NCBI GenBank assembly: GCA_977017575.1
Contig: CDRNVI010000009.1
Coordinates: forward strand, 496,001-560,000
Direction: 5' to 3'
From: Paramoeba atlantica
Lineage: Eukaryota; Protista; Discosea
DNA: 64,000 nucleotides
How positions within the stretch are numbered: the first letter of the stretch is position 1; each line of letters begins with the position of its first letter. The notes beneath the pieces were generated by a model. It searched no databases. It was not told where the DNA came from and saw only the letters and a program-made list of their open reading frames with translations. The position numbers and the translations under genes were made by a program. Of this stretch, positions 23,050 through 33,005 are shown in pieces.

Positions 23050-26000
23050 AATAGTTTGTGGGGATTTGAACGCACCTTTGCTAACCCGAAAGGCTGGTAG
23101 TGCAACACAAAACGAGCCAAGAGGCTGAGACAGTTCTTAAATTCACTAGGAGCCAAATCCACGCACGAAGGATGTTGCGCACGTAGAAAATGGACTTACC
23201 GCTTCCCTAGATCCAAAAAATACCCAGAAGGTTTTACCAAACAACTTGATCACATTATTGTCAACCGTCGTTTTTTCTCTTCCATCCGAGCACAGAAATC
23301 AACTATCGCCCCGGTTCTCTCACGACACTGTGCTCTTTCTGCAGTATTTAATTTCCGATGGAAAGCGCAAGAGAAGACTGTGCAACCTCCTTTTTGGAGA
23401 GCATTAAAGAATGATAATGTTAAAAGCAATTTTGTAGCAAATGTGAAGCGATCTCTAAAACAAGCTCCCAAGAGAAATCGTTCTGAGAATGAAACTACTG
23501 AGGAAACTTTGCCCGATCTTGATAACTCAAAGAAAATAACGTGGGATAAATTGTCCAAGGCAATAGAACGTTCCTCCTTGTCCCTTCCTAAAAGACACTC
23601 CAAAAATACAGAAATGAACTTCTACTTCGAGACCGTAGTTCAAAATTTGAGCTTGACACACTTGATGAAAGTTGTGAATAATAAAACGGAATTCCTCCGC
23701 CTATCCAAGGAGCACGTAAGCCGCGTAGAACATTGTATAGTAACTGAATGTGAGAACTTAGAAAAAGAACTGCAAACCATTCCTACGTCTGCGTATAGAA
23801 CTATACGGAATATAGTCGGAGAAAATAGGCTTGAATTCACATTATTCGGAGGGTCAGTAAACGATAGCCTTAAACTTGTCCGCGAACATTTCAGCGAAAC
23901 AGGAAGAGCCGACACAAAAACCAATGAACCCATAAATTTTTCTCCTGCCCCCAAACGCTTGGAAAAGATTGACGGCTGTAGATTTCGTACAGATGAGATA
24001 ATCTCCGCACTGAATAAACTTAAAACAGGTAAAGCTCCCGGGGATGACAACATACCGGTGGAGGCCCTCAGGGCTATAGCTGATGACAGTGAACTGCTAG
24101 CCATAATTCTTGGTATCATGAACGACGTCCTTGATACTGGGCGTGCGGACGAATCATGGAAATCTATAATGCAAGTCCCTCTGCCGAAGAAAGGAAATCT
24201 AAAGTTGCTAGCCAATTGGCGCCCCATCTGCCTTGTCAATCACATTGCAAAAGTATTGAACCGAATGATCCTCGATCGAATACAACCTGCCGTAGAAAAT
24301 TCTTTGCGATGCAATCAATTCGGTTTTCGGCCAAATCGTTCAACTGCAGGAGCTCAAGCGACTTTTATGGAAATAGCGACAAAAGCCAAGAGGGGCTCGG
24401 GGGTGTACGCATGCTTCATCGACTTTAAACAAGCCTTTCCCTCAGTATCTTTCGCTGCAATTGAGGCCACTCTCCTAGCGTTTGACATACCTATCAATCT
24501 TTCGAATGCCATCATGTCGATATACAAGAACCTACGATCCCATGTTCGCACCCCTTATGGAAAGACTGAAGAATTTTCTCTCACACAAGGCACTCTACAA
24601 GGAGATGTACTAGCGCCATACCTGTTCATCATGGTTTTAGATCGCATACTAGTTGAAGCTATAGACAGGCATAAGCTAGGACTTGTTACGCACTCTTCGG
24701 GCACCAGAAGTCGGGGACTAAAAGAACTGCGGGTCTCCGATATCAACTATGCAGATGACATTGTGTTATTCGCATCCTCTAAAAATGAGCTAAAACTAAT
24801 GATCAACAATATATTTTTATCCTCAGCAAAGGCGAATCTTCAGATCAATGTTGGGCCACACAAAACTGCATGGATGATCCTAGGAAAGTTGCAAGATGAT
24901 GGTGAACCGTTGACCATTGAAGGCTTAGGTGAGATTCCTAAGGTGGAATCATATAGATATCTCGGAAGCCCCCAAAATACGGAGGATAAATGCACCTCTC
25001 CACAAGAGCGATTGAGGCTAGGATGGGGTGCAATGCACAAACTGAGATCTCTATGGGCAGCTCCTATTTCTTCAAAGTGTAAATTCCACATATTTAAAAC
25101 TTTAATCCAATCGGTGGTATACTATAATCCGGGAACTTGGAACATTACTCAAGATGAGCTTCACTCCGTCCAGGTTCAGATTAATCGAATGCGAAGAGTT
25201 GTTTTCGGTGTAAAGAATACGAAGGACATCCACCTTAGAGAAACCTCTTTATATCCAACCGACTTAAAACCAGCGACGGTGGTCCAGACACAACGCGCTT
25301 CTCTCATAGGGCACTTGATACGGCATTCTCAACCGTTTCTTACGGCTGCAATGTGGCGGACGAATGACGAAACTTCAAAACCTTCCTTGTCTGAAAGATG
25401 CGCAGCTGAACTACACTCTAATGTTTCCGAAATACTTCGATTGGGCCAAAGTCGATCTGATTGGCGCAAGCTGGTGGAAAAACTTCAGAAAGAGCTGGAA
25501 CCACGTCCTTCATACATAAAAGTATCTTCAACGTCTTGGGATAAACGCTATCAAACGTCAATCGCTCACCACAGTGGGTATAAAGAGCTACAATTCATCG
25601 AAGAAGGAAAAACGGCGTTTCCCATTAGAGAGAACGAAACACATATTTACACTGACGGATCGCTTATCTTTAAAAAGAATCAACAACTCAAGGGATGCGG
25701 TATGGTAATCTTGCGAGGACGCGAGCGCATACAATTTAGAGGAATGAAACCACCTCCCGAATATTCCAGCTCAATTCAATCGATCGAATCATATGCTGCA
25801 ATTGAGGCCACAGAAGAGGCAAAGGCGTATGAGGGAGATGATATCTTACACACAGATTCGGAGTACCTATGGGAATTCTTTCACGAAATAGTTCATAAAT
25901 ATAGGCTCATTGGGTATCAATCTTTCGAAAACCATAAAACCATGGAATTGCTGAGAGACGCTTATTTTGATATTAAGACGAACAGAAATTTCTATTGCGT

Positions 26001-26640
26001 AAAAGTAAAATCCCGTAACGAAAACCCATGCAACGACACAGCCGACTCCATGGCGAAAGAGGCATGTGAACTAGCAAAACGTGAAGTCTCAGTTAAGTAT
26101 TTCGGGGAAGTACTGATGCTGGAAAGTAAAAGAAAGACAGGTCTGAATCAGGGACCCCGCTTAACTAAGACCCAATGTAGGCGACAAGGTTTCAAAATAG
26201 AACAATCTCAAACAATGGAAACAACGACCGTAAAACCCCCAGCTACAAAATCTAAAATACGCGGAAACCGTAGCAAGTCCAATGAAAACGATAATCAGGA
26301 AACTAGTGATCAAAATACAGTCAAAAGATCTAGGAATTCACCGCGCAACATGACTTCAACTGTATTAAACACAAAAAAGCATAAAAATAAAGATTCTGTC
26401 CCCGAGCCTTCACGGACAGTCAGCCCAAATACAATTATATTAGAAAAAGCGCGTTCGAATCATTCGCAAAAGAAGCGATTAAAAGATACAGGAGAGGAAG
26501 ATACCCAAGTGACAAAAGGCGAAAAACACAACGAAAGTCGACAGAAGACTACGGAAATCAATAAGACAACGAAGACATTGTCAAGTTCGCGATCAACTAC
26601 GGGCAATAAGAAAGTAAACGTGACAGAGCATGAAAAGTGA
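23050..26640 (+). mobile_element. APE-RT-RNase H non-LTR retrotransposon (ingi/L1Tc- or RTE-like), 5'-truncated, frameshift in APE near 23115
   Basis: Upstream manual translation gives IVCGDLNA, WTY and LDHIIV; the ORF has KAPGDD, NWRPICL, QFGFR, FIDFKQAF, QGDVLAP, YADD and RNase H motifs YTDGS, E, HTDS and NDTAD. Confidence 0.9.
23380..26640 (+). CDS. RT-RNase H polyprotein (APE C-terminal part continues in frame upstream)
   Basis: 1086-codon ORF with RT and RNase H motifs and a low-complexity basic tail. Confidence 0.88.
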   Translation: MQPPFWRALKNDNVKSNFVANVKRSLKQAPKRNRSENETTEETLPDLDNSKKITWDKLSKAIERSSLSLPKRHSKNTEMNFYFETVVQNLSLTHLMKVVNNKTEFLRLSKEHVSRVEHCIVTECENLEKELQTIPTSAYRTIRNIVGENRLEFTLFGGSVNDSLKLVREHFSETGRADTKTNEPINFSPAPKRLEKIDGCRFRTDEIISALNKLKTGKAPGDDNIPVEALRAIADDSELLAIILGIMNDVLDTGRADESWKSIMQVPLPKKGNLKLLANWRPICLVNHIAKVLNRMILDRIQPAVENSLRCNQFGFRPNRSTAGAQATFMEIATKAKRGSGVYACFIDFKQAFPSVSFAAIEATLLAFDIPINLSNAIMSIYKNLRSHVRTPYGKTEEFSLTQGTLQGDVLAPYLFIMVLDRILVEAIDRHKLGLVTHSSGTRSRGLKELRVSDINYADDIVLFASSKNELKLMINNIFLSSAKANLQINVGPHKTAWMILGKLQDDGEPLTIEGLGEIPKVESYRYLGSPQNTEDKCTSPQERLRLGWGAMHKLRSLWAAPISSKCKFHIFKTLIQSVVYYNPGTWNITQDELHSVQVQINRMRRVVFGVKNTKDIHLRETSLYPTDLKPATVVQTQRASLIGHLIRHSQPFLTAAMWRTNDETSKPSLSERCAAELHSNVSEILRLGQSRSDWRKLVEKLQKELEPRPSYIKVSSTSWDKRYQTSIAHHSGYKELQFIEEGKTAFPIRENETHIYTDGSLIFKKNQQLKGCGMVILRGRERIQFRGMKPPPEYSSSIQSIESYAAIEATEEAKAYEGDDILHTDSEYLWEFFHEIVHKYRLIGYQSFENHKTMELLRDAYFDIKTNRNFYCVKVKSRNENPCNDTADSMAKEACELAKREVSVKYFGEVLMLESKRKTGLNQGPRLTKTQCRRQGFKIEQSQTMETTTVKPPATKSKIRGNRSKSNENDNQETSDQNTVKRSRNSPRNMTSTVLNTKKHKNKDSVPEPSRTVSPNTIILEKARSNHSQKKRLKDTGEEDTQVTKGEKHNESRQKTTEINKTTKTLSSSRSTTGNKKVNVTEHEK

Positions 26641-26989
26641 CCTTTCATACTAATGCTTATGCAAAAATGAATTTCACATAGGAGGTGCATTTAGTTCCAA
26701 TATTTTTCTTTGTATCGTTGCAAGTTTCAGAAAAAGTGGATTGAACCGTTTGCTGTCGTGCTCACATCGGCAAGTGACTTATACAGCAGACGAAGGCTAA
26801 GTACTGAAGTGTCATAGGGATCGAATGATTAGGATACATAAAATAAAAAGTCTGTTTGTTTTCGAAAAATTTTCTGCAAGTTAGTTCCGCGCGGTTGGAT
26901 TGATAGGTTAAATGTTCAGGAGAAAATTGTAAATCCTTTAACTGGGCAAATTCTCCCAGTGTTGGTTGGTTGGTTGGTTGGTTGTTTTG

Positions 26990-27421
26990 GTAAACGAAAC
27001 GGTAGAAACATCGACATGCCTCCGGTAGTTCGATCTGGTAGAATCCACATCGCAGATCGCGCTTAACTGCCGCATCGTATTGCACTGCATCCACGTACGT
27101 AGAGGGCTGTGAAATTGGTACTTGGGCCTCATGTGCTTCGTGAAGAGCGTAATTATGAGCAGTTGGCCAACAGATGAATCGTCGACGTGGCTTTTCGTCG
27201 CGATATTCTAGCGTCGTAAATGGGACAATCGTGCCTTTGGTTGGGCTCATTTTCAGCCTTTCTTCAGCTACACTTTTGATTATTCCACATTTGGTCAATT
27301 GATCTATGTCATTTTGTGAAATAGTCGTTTTCGAGGCTGGTTGTATTTTCGGAACTGGTATTTGGGGGTTTATGAGTTGATTCCATACGTCACCGAAACG
27401 CTCTTTTGTCTGCGAATTCAT
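26990..27421 (-). pseudogene. YR1 RT N-terminal fragment
   Basis: PFTTLE..RRRFICWP..KRDLRCGFYQ is colinear with the YR2 RT. Confidence 0.85.
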
Positions 27422-27677
27422 TAAAGCTCTTACCTTCTCTAGCTGAATAGCTGAAACCTCGGTAACATGCAGAGGTACAGTGTCCCTCTGTTCTCTTGTT
27501 GAGAGTTTTGTTCGCCGATTTGAGCCCCTAACTGGTCCACTAAAAAGGACTCAGTGTATTTGTTGTTGTTGTTGTTGTTTGTTCGCCGATGCATTCTACT
27601 TAACGTTCTTTTCTGTGCCGGTAATAGGCTTTCATTCAAAGCAATCCAATCTCCATTCATCAAATTGTTCGGTTTAT

Positions 27678-28976
27678 TTATAGTCTTCGCGTGGTATTTT
27701 GAGTTCCGAGTGCAAGTGCCGTCGCTTCGCTGGGCCCCGCGTATCTCAAAAGTGTTGCCACCTGCTTGTGATGAGAGAGCCTCATGACTTGTTCGAGGGA
27801 CTGGTGCCCCGTAGCTACGTGGTGCATTAGACTGGTGATGGCTCCATGTTTGAGGGAATGGGATGTGTACTGGAGACCCATGTGATGTTTGAGGAAACGG
27901 GAAATACTGGTGGTTGTAAGTGTACTGATTTTCTGGTTCGATTTTATATTCTTCACATGGTTGTAAATAAGGGTCGTACTCGGGCCTTCGATAACAACCA
28001 TGTTGTCCGGTCGAAAAGGCTGCTCTTTGGTAGTCTTGGTTTTCGCACCCCAATTGATAACTATTCTGTTCGGAGTTCTGACCACAAAATCTCGACCCAC
28101 AAGATTGCAAACCTCGCCAACCCGCGAAGCCGTTTTGAACGCTAAATGCATTACAGCAGCCATCTCCTTTGACATGATCGGTGTAAGCCGTTCTATAGCT
28201 TGACGATTCATCGGCGCTGCTTGTCTCCGAGGGATAACCGCCCCACGCCTGACCAATGCCTTCGAATACATTTCTGTCTGAGTTGTAGGTCTGCGCAGTC
28301 GGCGGAGTACCGAAATCAAATGTCGCAGGTATACCAATTTGGTTTGAATGGTGGTATGTATTCGTATGATATACAGGACCACACCCTGGTCCGTGAGCGG
28401 CAATCTGCGGCGCCACATGTCCAAAATCAGGCGTGCCCTCGTATTCCATGTTGAGGTGGCCCATATTCCGCGTATTTCCTCTCTGATTTCCGGATTCGTG
28501 ACCTGCAATACGTTGTTGAGGATAAAGTCGGACGAGGCTGTTTGGATTCCAGACGTTCGCATATTTGTTTCGCTGATCGTACCACCGCATCTTTGGGTGA
28601 CCTGTGATATCGCATTCTTCGTGACTGGAGATTTCTTCCACACTGTATTGTTCACGTTTGTGGTCTTGGGGCGAACGTTTGGCTTCTTGGTCTTCTGCTT
28701 TGGAGCGAGGTTTCCGGTATTTTTCGCTATGGTGTTCGTCTTTGACTTGCTTTTGTATTGTTTCCGAGTTTGAAGTGAAATTTTTGTTTTTATTTTTACT
28801 GACTTGCAATTTTGTACTGAAATTTTTGTTTTTAGTATCTGTTGCTGACTTTGAATTCTGCTTTTCTGGCATGATAATGCTATTTTCACTGGCAAAGGAA
28901 GTTTGTATAGAGACTGATTTTGAACTTTTATATGTTTTGTTTTAAACTGGCTTTGGAGGGGGTGGACTACTGGGAG
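27678..28976 (-). CDS. YR1 tyrosine recombinase, in frame behind the gag TGA
   Basis: ASRVGE, HSLKHG and HHKQVATLLRY; the frame is open from the gag stop (manual translation). Confidence 0.88.
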   Translation of the reverse strand, partial: LPVVHPLQSQFKTKHIKVQNQSLYKLPLPVKIALSCQKSRIQSQQQILKTKISVQNCKSVKIKTKISLQTRKQYKSKSKTNTIAKNTGNLAPKQKTKKPNVRPKTTNVNNTVWKKSPVTKNAISQVTQRCGGTISETNMRTSGIQTASSDFILNNVLQVTNPEIREEIRGIWATSTWNTRARLILDMWRRRLPLTDQGVVLYIIRIHTTIQTKLVYLRHLISVLRRLRRPTTQTEMYSKALVRRGAVIPRRQAAPMNRQAIERLTPIMSKEMAAVMHLAFKTASRVGEVCNLVGRDFVVRTPNRIVINWGAKTKTTKEQPFRPDNMVVIEGPSTTLIYNHVKNIKSNQKISTLTTTSISRFLKHHMGLQYTSHSLKHGAITSLMHHVATGHQSLEQVMRLSHHKQVATLLRYAGPSEATALALGTQNTTRRL

Positions 28977-30287
28977 TCACATTCGGCGGCCAGCGCCCCC
29001 CGCGGAGAAATCCGATGTGGGTGAGTACTGGGTCTTTCTGTTATTGTCCGAGGTGTAATTTGGGCGATAAGGTTCACTTGGCCTGAACCCACGACCTCGA
29101 GTCATACCACGTCCTCTTCCGAAATTTGCACTAGGATAAGTGGCACGACCGTATCCCCCACGTCGCGCAACTACTTTTCGCTGGTAGTTGACACTGTGTT
29201 CTATGCCATTCCCGATCACATCCGCCGGGTCTTTGTTCACCTCGTAGATCATTCGAAGATATCGTGGATCGGCTCCGCGATAAACACCCTGCTGCATGCG
29301 AAGATCGTCCAACGCTCTTTGCCCTGTTTGAACTTGTGCCACATTCTCTGGGTCAATTCCACCTCTTGCTTTAACGTCGTCTACCCAATGCTGCATTACA
29401 TCCCACATTGGTTGCAAATTTGGCGGTAAAGGATTTGGAAGTGCCAGGGCGGTTCGAATACGCAAAAGAAGAAAATCAACCCCGAACTCGCTATCCGTCG
29501 CAATGTATTTGTTCCACGTTCGGACATCGCGTACTTTAAATTCGTCGGCTTCTGGAATTGTTTCATCAGCATTTGTTTCACAAGGTTCCAATCGATCCGG
29601 CATAGCTGGTTCCGCTTTCACAATCTCGATTCTCGTGTAATTGAGTTTGGGATTAGGAAGGTGGTAGTTTCCCACATTATAGCTAATAACGACAGTTTTC
29701 TGCTCTTCAAATTCACTTTCTTCTATCGGAATACCGCGCCATGTTGTTGCTTCGCTTGGAGAACTTGTGGCCGCAAACCAAGTTACTTCTACCTCCAAGT
29801 CATATCGTGCAATCTTGTCCAAGATCTCCTGCACCTTAGAAGAAAGATTTTCTGGCTTGATGACAGGTAAGCTTGCGTACAACGCATTGGTAGCACTGTC
29901 CACGCAACAACGAAAAGTATTTGTCATGTCTTGGCGATCTTTCCGAACTGAGAAGGGAAAAGTTGAATGTGGCACTGCTTGTGTAGAGGGAGGTTCCGCC
30001 GACGAGGAACGAGACTGAAAAGCCTTCATTTCGTCGCGCACTATCCCTTGTAACTCTTTTCTCAACACTTCCTGCACATCTTGTCGGATGGTTCGGCGCA
30101 CATCTTCTTGAACAATCGCCATTCGCGATGTTAAATTTTCTAGCGATTGGTCAAGACGACTTACTCTGGTGGGTATATCACTGGTGCATTCCAACGAGTC
30201 CACACTTTCTACAGGATCGTCCCGACCTTGAGTTTGAAAAGCCACGGGAGCTTCTTCCTCGCGTGAGCGCGCCCGTGTAGATACCAT
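28977..30287 (-). CDS. YR1 Gag-like protein (MVSTRARS...), RG-rich C-terminus
   Basis: First ORF of the element, ATG 43 nt behind the SL exon, homologous to the gags of YR2 and YR3. Confidence 0.82.
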   Translation of the reverse strand: MVSTRARSREEEAPVAFQTQGRDDPVESVDSLECTSDIPTRVSRLDQSLENLTSRMAIVQEDVRRTIRQDVQEVLRKELQGIVRDEMKAFQSRSSSAEPPSTQAVPHSTFPFSVRKDRQDMTNTFRCCVDSATNALYASLPVIKPENLSSKVQEILDKIARYDLEVEVTWFAATSSPSEATTWRGIPIEESEFEEQKTVVISYNVGNYHLPNPKLNYTRIEIVKAEPAMPDRLEPCETNADETIPEADEFKVRDVRTWNKYIATDSEFGVDFLLLRIRTALALPNPLPPNLQPMWDVMQHWVDDVKARGGIDPENVAQVQTGQRALDDLRMQQGVYRGADPRYLRMIYEVNKDPADVIGNGIEHSVNYQRKVVARRGGYGRATYPSANFGRGRGMTRGRGFRPSEPYRPNYTSDNNRKTQYSPTSDFSAGGAGRRM

Positions 30288-30329
30288 CCCAAAAAATGTA
30301 GTATTACAGTAGGAAAACAAGAAAAATTG

Positions 30330-30365
30330 CAACAAGGTACAGAAACTGTATCTTTATCGTTAAAG
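30330..30365 (-). ncRNA. Retroposed spliced-leader exon (36 nt, CTTTAACGATAAAGATACAGTTTCTGTACCTTGTTG)
   Basis: Contains the euglenozoan SL core ACAGTTTCTGTAC and ends in TTG; identical at four loci; not followed by a GT intron. Confidence 0.85.
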
Positions 30366-30447
30366 AGAAAAGTATCATTTTATAATACAATTAGTCACTG
30401 ACATTCTATATTTCCCACTTCGGTGAATTATTATCCTTAAAGTCTCA

Positions 30448-30988
30448 GTTTTCATACCTCAACATATTCACCTTCTTGGTCACTTGCGAACGGGTAGTCC
30501 ACCCCACGCGGGGAGTGGATGGGGCATGGTGGGCGGGGCAAACGTTTCGTCGCGGAAATATGAAACAATATTCTTATATCAATCTTTATGCTAATACATA
30601 TTCACATGTACATTAATGTTATCTCACAAGTTGAATTTCAAAAACATGCGTACAATGCCCGCCGGCTATTCGGCAAAATAGCTCAATCATGTAAATTCAA
30701 AATCAATATTAAAATCAAAATGATGCGCTGGACAATTCTTATCGTAAACTCTTAGAATTGCGCCTCGCATCATAGGACAAATAAATTCAAACAGAAACAA
30801 ATCTCCTATAGTATGTTCAACCTCATCACTTTACTTTCAACCCATTCATATCATGATGTACATTATCAGATATCTTACTCCTGTGATTCACATTCAGATT
30901 CATATTACACATTCATATCTTGTTTTCATACCTCAACATATTCACCTTCTTGGTCACTTGCGAACGGGTAGTCCACCCCACGCGGGGA
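30448..30988 (-). mobile_element. Solo B1-A2-(partial B2) end of the YR4 family
   Basis: 67-bp direct repeat 30448-30514 and 30922-30988; about 30540-30754 is nearly identical to 44601-44816; junction hairpin at 30733-30760. Confidence 0.82.
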
Positions 30989-31413
30989 CCACCCAATCGC
31001 TAGTCCCTCGTACGTTCCATTCACCCTTTCGCACGTCCAGTTTGCTGCCGTCGTTGATTTAAATGTTCTTTTTTTTTTTTCTTTTTTTCGGGGTTAGGGG
31101 TTTTTTTTTATTTGTGTGTTGTATTATGTATTGCGTGCATCTATTTACTATCAATAATGTCCTCGGCTTACTGGGTCTGCAGGATTATTTTCGGATGATA
31201 CATAACGCGGGGATATTGCGAAGCCATGTCGTCGAAGCGTTTTCAATACTGCTTTTAATTCTGTTGTAATACCATCTGATTTTGAGACTGGGAGCTTGCG
31301 AGAGTAATTAGTTTATGGTGGGTAAGATATCTGGAAATTATAAACTATATTTATATCTTCGATTGTTACATAGAAAACTGTTGTTAATCTTACTCGTGTA
31401 ATTGTAATTTTCA

Positions 31414-31464
31414 ATGCCTACAACCCGTTCTCAGGCGGCCGCAGAGGTCGCGATGCGGCAAGAA
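31414..31464 (+). pseudogene. Displaced first 17 codons of the YR3 gag (MPTTRSQAAAEVAMRQE)
   Basis: Joins in frame to CAG ATG AGT at 36591 when YR2 is removed; the N-terminus resembles the other gag starts (MVSTRARS, MVQTRSKA). Confidence 0.75.
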
Positions 31465-31655
31465 TAAAACTCTTGGAAATGTAATTGGGCCTTTGTACTA
31501 GTGTCAGGAATTAAGGAAAACATGAAGGACTTATTCGTGAACTACGGCATGATATTATTTGCAAAATTAGACAGACTTTTCTTATTTGTATTTCGCACGA
31601 ATAAAAGTGGCCTTCTTGTTCTCTCTGTTCTATCTCTCTGTTCTCTCTGTTCTAT

Positions 31656-31691
31656 CTTTAACGATAAAGATACAGTTTCTGTACCTTGTTG
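31656..31691 (+). ncRNA. Retroposed spliced-leader exon joined at the AG acceptor of repeat A
   Basis: SL followed by ACAGACTTTT (31692) versus genomic TTAG followed by ACAGACTTTT at 31570/31571 and 36258/36259. Confidence 0.9.
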
Positions 31692-31733
31692 ACAGACTTT
31701 TCTTATTTGTATTTCGCACGAATAAAAGTGGAA

Positions 31734-32984
31734 ATGGTGCAAACACGTTCGAAAGCACATGATTCTCAAGAGGACTATGCCACGGATAGCGACACTGAAC
31801 AAACGTGCGGCACATATTACCCAAAACCGAATTCGACACAAATCACTTCGAGCCACTCACTTCCAGATGTTTTCCTCACCGAACAGGTCAATACAGTCGT
31901 GGAAAAGCTAACGCGTGCACTTGAAAAAGTCACTTCGAAGGTTGATGCGATGGAGGAGCGTGAACGGAAAAGGCGAAAAGAGACAAACATTACGGATCCA
32001 TCTGCACCGCGACACGGACAAGCACCTGGGAACACCTTATGTCCTCTTCCAACCTCCTTGAAAAAGAGATGCAGTGTGCCAGAAGAGCTCAACAAGCAAT
32101 ACGCCGCACAAAGGGTTATGCTCCCAGAGGAAGTAGAGAGTCAAGTCAATGAGGTTATGGCGACCGTGCAACAGAATGACATAGAAGTCGAAGTAACCTG
32201 GTTCCCCGTTGGAGGTAGGAAAGAGACAGGGACAACATGGCGAGGTACGGTAGAGGACAATGGAGACGAGGAAAATCCTATCATTGTTTCCTACCCGTGG
32301 GGTAACTATCCTCTGCCTAATAGCAACGTGTGTTATACGCGCATCGTGATATCAGCAAGTGAGCCAAAGATGCCAGGCAAATTGCCCGAATCGGACGATG
32401 AAACTGCACCATCAGAAGAGACGAACGACAGTTTCAACCTCCGGGACGTTACAACATGGAACACATACATTACCCAGGGGCCACTAGGGATTGAAATATT
32501 GAAACAGCGGTTGCGAACGGCGCTGGATCTCCCTTCTCGAATGTCACCACAGCTACAAGCCCTTTGGGATATCTTGTGTGCTTGGATAGACGATAGCGCA
32601 GAAAGAGGGGGCGTGAACAGCGACGCCGTCAATCACAAAAACGTCGGCCAAAGCACAGTTGACCAGATACGCATTCTGCAAGGAATATATCGAGGAGCAG
32701 ATGCTCGATATATACGCTCACAATACGTTACCCAGAAAGACCCACAGGACCGACTTGGTAATGTAATTGAGCAAAGCGTAACCTACAATCAAGCAACCAC
32801 GTATACGAGCCGTGGATCCCAGCGGACCCGCTATACGCCTCGCATGCCGATACGAGGGCGAGTATATGCAAATCGGACCCCCATAAATCGGACTGGCATA
32901 CTAGAACATGGCATTACGCGTCAAGCGACCATCGCACCACGCGCTCCGGATTTTCGTGGACGGGGGATCGGTCCACAGCACTGA
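31734..32984 (+). CDS. YR2 Gag-like protein
   Basis: ATG 42 nt after the SL; coiled-coil-like region and conserved EVEVTW..WRG..VSY..LP domain. Confidence 0.85.
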   Translation: MVQTRSKAHDSQEDYATDSDTEQTCGTYYPKPNSTQITSSHSLPDVFLTEQVNTVVEKLTRALEKVTSKVDAMEERERKRRKETNITDPSAPRHGQAPGNTLCPLPTSLKKRCSVPEELNKQYAAQRVMLPEEVESQVNEVMATVQQNDIEVEVTWFPVGGRKETGTTWRGTVEDNGDEENPIIVSYPWGNYPLPNSNVCYTRIVISASEPKMPGKLPESDDETAPSEETNDSFNLRDVTTWNTYITQGPLGIEILKQRLRTALDLPSRMSPQLQALWDILCAWIDDSAERGGVNSDAVNHKNVGQSTVDQIRILQGIYRGADARYIRSQYVTQKDPQDRLGNVIEQSVTYNQATTYTSRGSQRTRYTPRMPIRGRVYANRTPINRTGILEHGITRQATIAPRAPDFRGRGIGPQH

Positions 32985-33005
32985 CTCTCAAGAGTCCTCC
33001 CCCCG
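32948..33005 (+). promoter_or_regulatory. Putative recoding cassette: G_GAT_TTT slippery site, 6-nt spacer, GC stem enclosing the gag stop
   Basis: Equivalent sites at 29007-29013 (-), 37718-37724 (+), 43446-43452 (-) and 49670-49676 (-), with covarying stems. Confidence 0.8.

Larger units (their letters stand above)
26990..30365 (-). mobile_element. VIPER/TATE-like YR retrotransposon YR1, SL-capped, 3'-truncated in RT
   Basis: SL, then gag, YR and RT start in that order; RT stops after KRDLRCGFYQ..YRF. Confidence 0.88.

Noticed and set aside
31088-31100. GGGTTAGGG as a telomere seed
   Set aside because: It is a single hexamer within T-runs, which is expected by chance.
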